In this document: positions 56,493 through 60,689 of the stretch, piece by piece
Layout: each line of letters starts with the position of its first letter
Numbering within the stretch: position 1 is the first letter of the stretch
Source: a virus
Taxonomy: Duplodnaviria; Caudoviricetes
DNA length: 60,689 nt
Direction: 5' to 3' (one strand)
IMG/VR virus record: IMGVR_UViG_3300004173_000066
Location: 1-60,689 of that record
The notes under the pieces: model-generated
Seen by the model: the letters and a program-made list of their open reading frames with translations, nothing else
Told to the model about the DNA's origin: nothing
Database searches by the model: none
Position numbers and translations under genes: made by a program

Positions 56493-57193
56493 CGCAGCGC
56501 CTCGAGCTCGTCGACGAGCGCCCGCACCTCGTCGGCCGCCGCGCTCTCCGGTGCGTAGGTCGTGGGCCCCAGGCCCGCGGCGGGCGCCTCCTGGTACGTC
56601 ACCCGGAACGCGAGCTCGGCGGAGAGCACCGCGAGGCCGCTCTGGGCGAGGACGTCGCGCACGGCGCGCCCGACGATCGTCCCGGGTTGCTTGCGGGTGA
56701 TGAGCACGCGCGCCAGCAGCTCGGGCCGGAGCGCCTGGGCCTTCCTCACGAGCTCGAGCGAGTCGGCGATCGCCCAGGTGTCGAGGGTCGAGGGGCCGCA
56801 GGGGATCACCACCAGGTGCGCCACCATCAGCACTGCCCGCTGCACATCGTCGAGGCGCGGCGGGCAGTCGATCACGGTCACGTCGTACTGCGCGGCGAGC
56901 GCCGGGAGCTGCCCCGGGCGATGCAGCCCCGCGCCCATCGCGACCACGGTGGGGATCTCCGTCCCGAGCTCCCCGGCGACGTCGGCCCAGGTGCGCGCCG
57001 AGCCCTGCGGGTCCGTGTCGACGAGCAGCACCCGGCGGCCGCGGGCCTGCCACTCGCACGCCGTCGCGATGGCGGAGGTCGTCTTGCCCGCGCCGCCCTT
57101 CTGCCCGGCGAAGGCGAGGATGCGGGGGGAGGGGGGCGGGGCGTTCGCAGACGTCCTGGGACGCCTCCGGGCGTCCGGGCGGGGGGCACTCAT
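56489..57193 (-). CDS. parA: ParA (type Ib, ParF-like) partition ATPase
   Basis: GQKGGAGKTT, LVDTDPQGS, VIDCPP; short, with no N-terminal HTH. Confidence 0.95.
   Translation of the reverse strand: MSAPRPDARRRPRTSANAPPPSPRILAFAGQKGGAGKTTSAIATACEWQARGRRVLLVDTDPQGSARTWADVAGELGTEIPTVVAMGAGLHRPGQLPALAAQYDVTVIDCPPRLDDVQRAVLMVAHLVVIPCGPSTLDTWAIADSLELVRKAQALRPELLARVLITRKQPGTIVGRAVRDVLAQSGLAVLSAELAFRVTYQEAPAAGLGPTTYAPESAAADEVRALVDELEALR
57140..57175. repeat. GACGTC array 6 (5' end of parA)
   Basis: GGCGTT 57140, GACGTC 57150, GACGCC 57160, GGCGTC 57170. Confidence 0.75.
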
Positions 57194-57489
57194 CGGCGCC
57201 TCGCGCGGTTGGCGAGCTGCCGCTGCTCGCTGCGGTTGCGGCCCCCAGCGCCGCCCAGCCGGAAGGCCGCGGCACGCGCGGTCATCGTCCCGAGCACGAC
57301 GGCGCGGGCGGTCGCCTGCGCGTCGTCCAGCGCCCTCCGGAGGCGCCCGTCGAGCGCCGTCGCCTCTTCGTCCGTCCAGCTCCGGCCCTCGCCCTGGTGA
57401 GGCCCGGCGTGGCCTCGCCGGAGCGCGCACGCGAGGTCGTGGGGGTGCGCGGCGATCCCGGCACCGCACTCGTTGTTCCAGCCGTCCAT
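57190..57489 (-). CDS. Hypothetical protein
   Basis: Coupled to parA. Confidence 0.5.
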   Translation of the reverse strand: MDGWNNECGAGIAAHPHDLACALRRGHAGPHQGEGRSWTDEEATALDGRLRRALDDAQATARAVVLGTMTARAAAFRLGGAGGRNRSEQRQLANRARRR

Positions 57490-57572
57490 TCATTCCCTCC
57501 ATCGCGGCCCGAGCGGCCGCAGCAGCCAACCGAACACCACCGCGAGGATCGCGGGCACGGCCAGCAAGCCCG

Positions 57573-57818
57573 TCACGTCCACACCTCGACGATCGTCGGG
57601 TCGTCACCCGCCATCCGGCCGAGCGACACCACCCACGGCGGGAGGAGCGCGCGGGCCTCGTCGAGCGATGCCGCGCCGTGGCTCTCGCAGGGCGTGGAGG
57701 CCATGGGGCCGATCTCCCAGCGGCGCACGAAGTAGAGGGTGTCGACGTCGCGTGCCCCGCGGTAGATCACCCACTGCGAGAGCGCGCCGGGCGCGGTGGA
57801 CTGCCAGGAGGGCGTCAC
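57573..57818 (-). CDS. Hypothetical phage protein
   Basis: WVIY...FVRRWEI...SLDEARALLP...DDPTIVEVW. Confidence 0.65.
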   Translation of the reverse strand: MTPSWQSTAPGALSQWVIYRGARDVDTLYFVRRWEIGPMASTPCESHGAASLDEARALLPPWVVSLGRMAGDDPTIVEVWT

Positions 57819-58007
57819 TTCGGCTCCCCCTTGCGGGCGCGCCGCTCGTTCAGGTCCACGACCTTGGCGACGCCCGGCACCCCGGGGGCGACCCCGCGTC
57901 GGCGTAGGAGCTCGAGCAGCTCGCCGGCGAGGTCGAGGTCGTCCCCGGCGAGGGCGGCTAGGACCGCGGCCCGGACGGCCGCCTCGGGGGCCCCGACGGC
58001 GACGTCT

Positions 58008-58235
58008 GGATTGGCACCAGGATTGGTACCAGCCTGCTCCCGGCCGGGCGCGGGCGGCTGCGGGGGTGGTACCGGGAGGGATTCTTCTGGCCGCTCAGGC
58101 GGCGTTTCGGTACCTGTCGTTACGTCTCGATACGTACTGATTGGGTTCGAATCCCTCACCCCGAACCACGATTTCAGCGGAAATCGAGGGCCTTTTCGCG
58201 AGGCCCGTTTTGCTCTGGGACCGACTCTGGGACCG
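58008..58235. other. attP: attP: tRNA 3'-end core with flanking arm-type repeats
   Basis: GGGTTCGAATCCCTCACCCCGAACCA (58143-58168); 12-bp-spaced TGGnACC pairs at 58008-58032 and 58213-58235. Confidence 0.75.
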
Positions 58236-59495
58236 GCGGTGAGGGTCTTCTGAGGGATTTGCTGCGACGGACGACGCCGCGCCACCCTCGATGAGGACCG
58301 TCGGCAGCGGCGGGAACACCTGCCCGAATCCGACGCGGAGATTCTCGGCCTCGCGGACGTACATCATCGTCGTCGTGAGGTGCTTGTGCCCCGCCCGGTG
58401 CATGATGCGCAGGGGCTGGTCTCCGCGGATGGCCGCCCAGGTTGCGCCGGTGGCGCGGAGGTCGTGGTAGGTGAGGTTCCGGCGGGTGGCGTCGGAGGCG
58501 AAGAGGGCGGTGCGCGCGACGCCTGCCACCTGCAGGTTGGCGCGGAGTTCGTCGGCGCGGTCCTTGTCGAGGGGCCACGGCTCGAAGACGCGCGTCGCCT
58601 TCGGCCGCTCGGCCCGCATCGCCCTCAGCATCGGCAGCAGCTCGGGCTCGATCTCGAACTCCCGCGGCGCCTTGCCCTTCGGGGCGCGCACCTCCCGCGT
58701 GTTGTGGTCGACCGCGCAGTGCAGTGAGATCACGCGGTGCTCGAGGTCGACGGACTCCCACTGGAGCACCTCGAGCTCGCCGGCGCGCGGGTACAGGTAG
58801 ATCGCGAGCGCGTAGGCGCGGCGCACCGCGAGGGGGATTCCCTCGCAGGTCACCAGCTGCAGGAACTCGCTGGGATACAGGTACGGCTTGCTCTTGACCG
58901 TGCCCCGATCGGGCGGCTCGACGTCGAGGCACGGGTTGCTGTCACGGCAACGGAGCGAGAGGTTCTTCGACTTGAAGGCGTCGCGCATCGCGCGAGACAC
59001 GAGGCCCCAAGCGTTCTGCGCGGTCTTCCAGGCGAGCTCCTCAGCCTGCACCTGGGCGTCGATCCACTCGACCCACCGCTCTATGTCGACCTTGGTGATC
59101 TCCACCATGGCCAGCTTGCCGAGGCGCGGCGTGATCCACTTCTTGAAGCGCCCGATGTCGGCCCGGCCGCCGCGGAGCCCACGCGCCTTGCGCGCTTCGA
59201 ACCAACGGACCGACCACTCCTGCAGCGTCTCGCCCTTCTTCACCTCGCCGTTGGAGCGACCCGCGCTGCCCTTCCGCTTCAAGAGCGAGGTGATCTTCCC
59301 GGTGCGCGCCCGCTCGGCGAGTCCGAGGGCAGCTTTCGTGGCCTTCTCGCGATCGTCGTGGCCGAGGGTCGCCGGGAGGCGCATCCACACACGCTTGCCG
59401 TCGATGCGAACGCGGCAGCGCCAGTAGCCCTCGTCCTTCGAGTCGTCCCGGCTGCCGACCCACTCGAGCGACCCGGTGGTGTTCGCGAGGCTCAT
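58095..59495 (-). CDS. int: Tyrosine integrase
   Basis: PRAGELEVLQW (R), YHDLRAT (HxxR), RAGHKHLTTTMMY (H, Y); N-terminal arm-binding beta domain. Confidence 0.95.
   Translation of the reverse strand: MSLANTTGSLEWVGSRDDSKDEGYWRCRVRIDGKRVWMRLPATLGHDDREKATKAALGLAERARTGKITSLLKRKGSAGRSNGEVKKGETLQEWSVRWFEARKARGLRGGRADIGRFKKWITPRLGKLAMVEITKVDIERWVEWIDAQVQAEELAWKTAQNAWGLVSRAMRDAFKSKNLSLRCRDSNPCLDVEPPDRGTVKSKPYLYPSEFLQLVTCEGIPLAVRRAYALAIYLYPRAGELEVLQWESVDLEHRVISLHCAVDHNTREVRAPKGKAPREFEIEPELLPMLRAMRAERPKATRVFEPWPLDKDRADELRANLQVAGVARTALFASDATRRNLTYHDLRATGATWAAIRGDQPLRIMHRAGHKHLTTTMMYVREAENLRVGFGQVFPPLPTVLIEGGAASSVAANPSEDPHRRSQSRSQSKTGLAKRPSISAEIVVRGEGFEPNQYVSRRNDRYRNAA
58188..58211 (+). terminator. 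Terminator downstream of the tRNA fragment
   Basis: GGGCCT...AGGCCC followed by GTTTT. Confidence 0.6.
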
Positions 59496-59506
59496 GTCGC
59501 AGATCC

Positions 59507-59890
59507 TTACCGCGCCTTCCCGGCGCTCGTGTAGCCGTTGGCCGCGAGAATCTCGTCGATCGGGTCAACGGGGGCGGTCGTCGGTTCGGGCGCGCGGCTC
59601 TCCGACTCCACCCACGCCAACACGGCGTCCCGGGGCGCGAGCCACTGTCGGCGCCAGAGGCGCGCCCCGGCCACTGCGCCCGACCGACACGCCTCGATGT
59701 ACGTGTCGGGCTGGATCCAGCTGGGAAGCGTCTTCTGCGAGACGAGACCCCAGCTGTCGTCGCGCTCGGCACGGCGAGCGCGCAGCAGTCGCTCGAGAGC
59801 AGCCGCGACGCGATCGGCGAAGGCGTTGACCAGCGCATCGAGCACGCGCGCGAGCAATGTCGGATCGTTCCGGCGGTCGAGCTCAGTCAC
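59507..59890 (-). CDS. Excisionase-like DNA-binding protein
   Basis: YIEACRSGAVAGARLWRRQWLAPRDAVLAWV; immediately upstream of int; GGAGG RBS. Confidence 0.65.
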   Translation of the reverse strand: MTELDRRNDPTLLARVLDALVNAFADRVAAALERLLRARRAERDDSWGLVSQKTLPSWIQPDTYIEACRSGAVAGARLWRRQWLAPRDAVLAWVESESRAPEPTTAPVDPIDEILAANGYTSAGKAR

Positions 59891-60689
59891 GATCGCCTCC
59901 GATCGCGGCCGCGAGGAGGTCCGCAGAGGGTGGCGCTGGACCGTCGTCACCGTCGCCCGGGCCCGACGGCTCCTGATGAGCGGCGGACTGTTGGCGGTGG
60001 CCGCGCGGGCGCGGGCGCGGGCGCCCGGTGGTCGTTGCCGTCGGGGGTGCCTTCGGCGCGGGTTTCGCTTTTCGCGTGGCCGCGCCGACGCGCGCAGGCC
60101 GCCCCCAGGGGTTGGCCTTGCCCGCCGGCTCCGCGTAGCGCTGGGTCACGCTCGACGCGACGACGGTGAACTGTGCGGCCGAGGCGAAGCCGAGCCCGCT
60201 GAACTCCCGCGCGTACTTCTGGAGCAGGGCTTCGACACCCGCCTGGGCCTGCTCCCGGGCGGCGAGGCCTCGGACCAGAGACTCACGCAGCACCTTCACC
60301 GTCGAGACCTTCGCGCCCGTCGCCGTAGAGAGGCGTCGACGCACGTCCTCGAGGCGGTCGATGATCTCTTCCGAGAGGGCGAGCGGCGAGACCTGGACGA
60401 AGGTGTCGTCGCGCACCCGCGCGTCGCTCGACGAAGCAGCCTCCTCTCGACGACGGGCGCCGCGCGGAGGGTCGACGGCCTCCCAGAGCACCTGCTGACC
60501 GGACCGCAGCAGGACGTCGAGCGAGACGAGGCCCCTGTCGATGAGCTCGCGCGCCGCGGCCGCCAGGCTGACGTGCGGCATCATGGGCGACGCCATCGAG
60601 CGGGCCGTCGCTTCGAGGGCCTGGGCGATCGCATGGGGGAGGAGGAAAGGCTGGACCTTGCGGAGGGTGGTCCGTGCGGGGGGCGACAT
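59883..60689 (-). CDS. Hypothetical protein with possible tandem RHH-like domains
   Basis: VSLAAAARELIDRGL and VSTVKVLRESLVRGL repeats. Confidence 0.5.
   Translation of the reverse strand: MSPPARTTLRKVQPFLLPHAIAQALEATARSMASPMMPHVSLAAAARELIDRGLVSLDVLLRSGQQVLWEAVDPPRGARRREEAASSSDARVRDDTFVQVSPLALSEEIIDRLEDVRRRLSTATGAKVSTVKVLRESLVRGLAAREQAQAGVEALLQKYAREFSGLGFASAAQFTVVASSVTQRYAEPAGKANPWGRPARVGAATRKAKPAPKAPPTATTTGRPRPRPRGHRQQSAAHQEPSGPGDGDDGPAPPSADLLAAAIGGDRD

Larger units (their letters stand above)
1..60689. mobile_element. Temperate contractile-tailed phage genome, near complete, apparently in non-integrated (attP) form
   Basis: Contiguous regulation, replication, packaging, head, sheath/tube, baseplate, lysis, integrase and partition modules. 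No host housekeeping genes. Both ends lie in minus-strand early genes, consistent with a circular permutation. Confidence 0.93.

Noticed and set aside
58143-58168. Complete tRNA gene
   Set aside because: Only the T-loop, acceptor 3' strand and CCA are present. Upstream sequence does not form D or anticodon arms, so it is treated as an att core.

Overview
This very GC-rich window is a near-complete temperate phage genome with a contractile (myovirus-type) tail. The host is probably a myxobacterium (Myxococcota), inferred from GC content, Cys-rich and MopE-type lipoproteins and an Mx8-like attP layout. Order: early-left genes (partial SSAP/recombinase), a CI/Cro switch with twin promoters, a replication initiator with iterons, a RosmerTA-like pair and a RecU-like resolvase. 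Then come the terminase, portal, a MuF-metallopeptidase fusion with a small Cys-rich partner, scaffold, capsid, head-tail genes, sheath, tube, a -1 frameshifted chaperone, tape measure, baseplate, fibre and lysis genes. An accessory region follows: a Tat-lipoprotein beta-helix, a small-gene island with its own HTH switch, a FliA-type sigma factor, SRAP, PadR and an MTase-DUF262-HEPN operon. The window ends with a ParA + RHH partition pair and a tyrosine integrase whose 3' end contains an apparently intact attP (tRNA 3' fragment with arm repeats on both sides). The most striking non-gene signal is a set of six dispersed, 10-bp-phased GACGTC arrays. They look like centromere/operator sites for the ParA-RHH pair, suggesting a phage that can both integrate and persist as a plasmid. 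All calls come from motif recognition by eye; no database searches were run.
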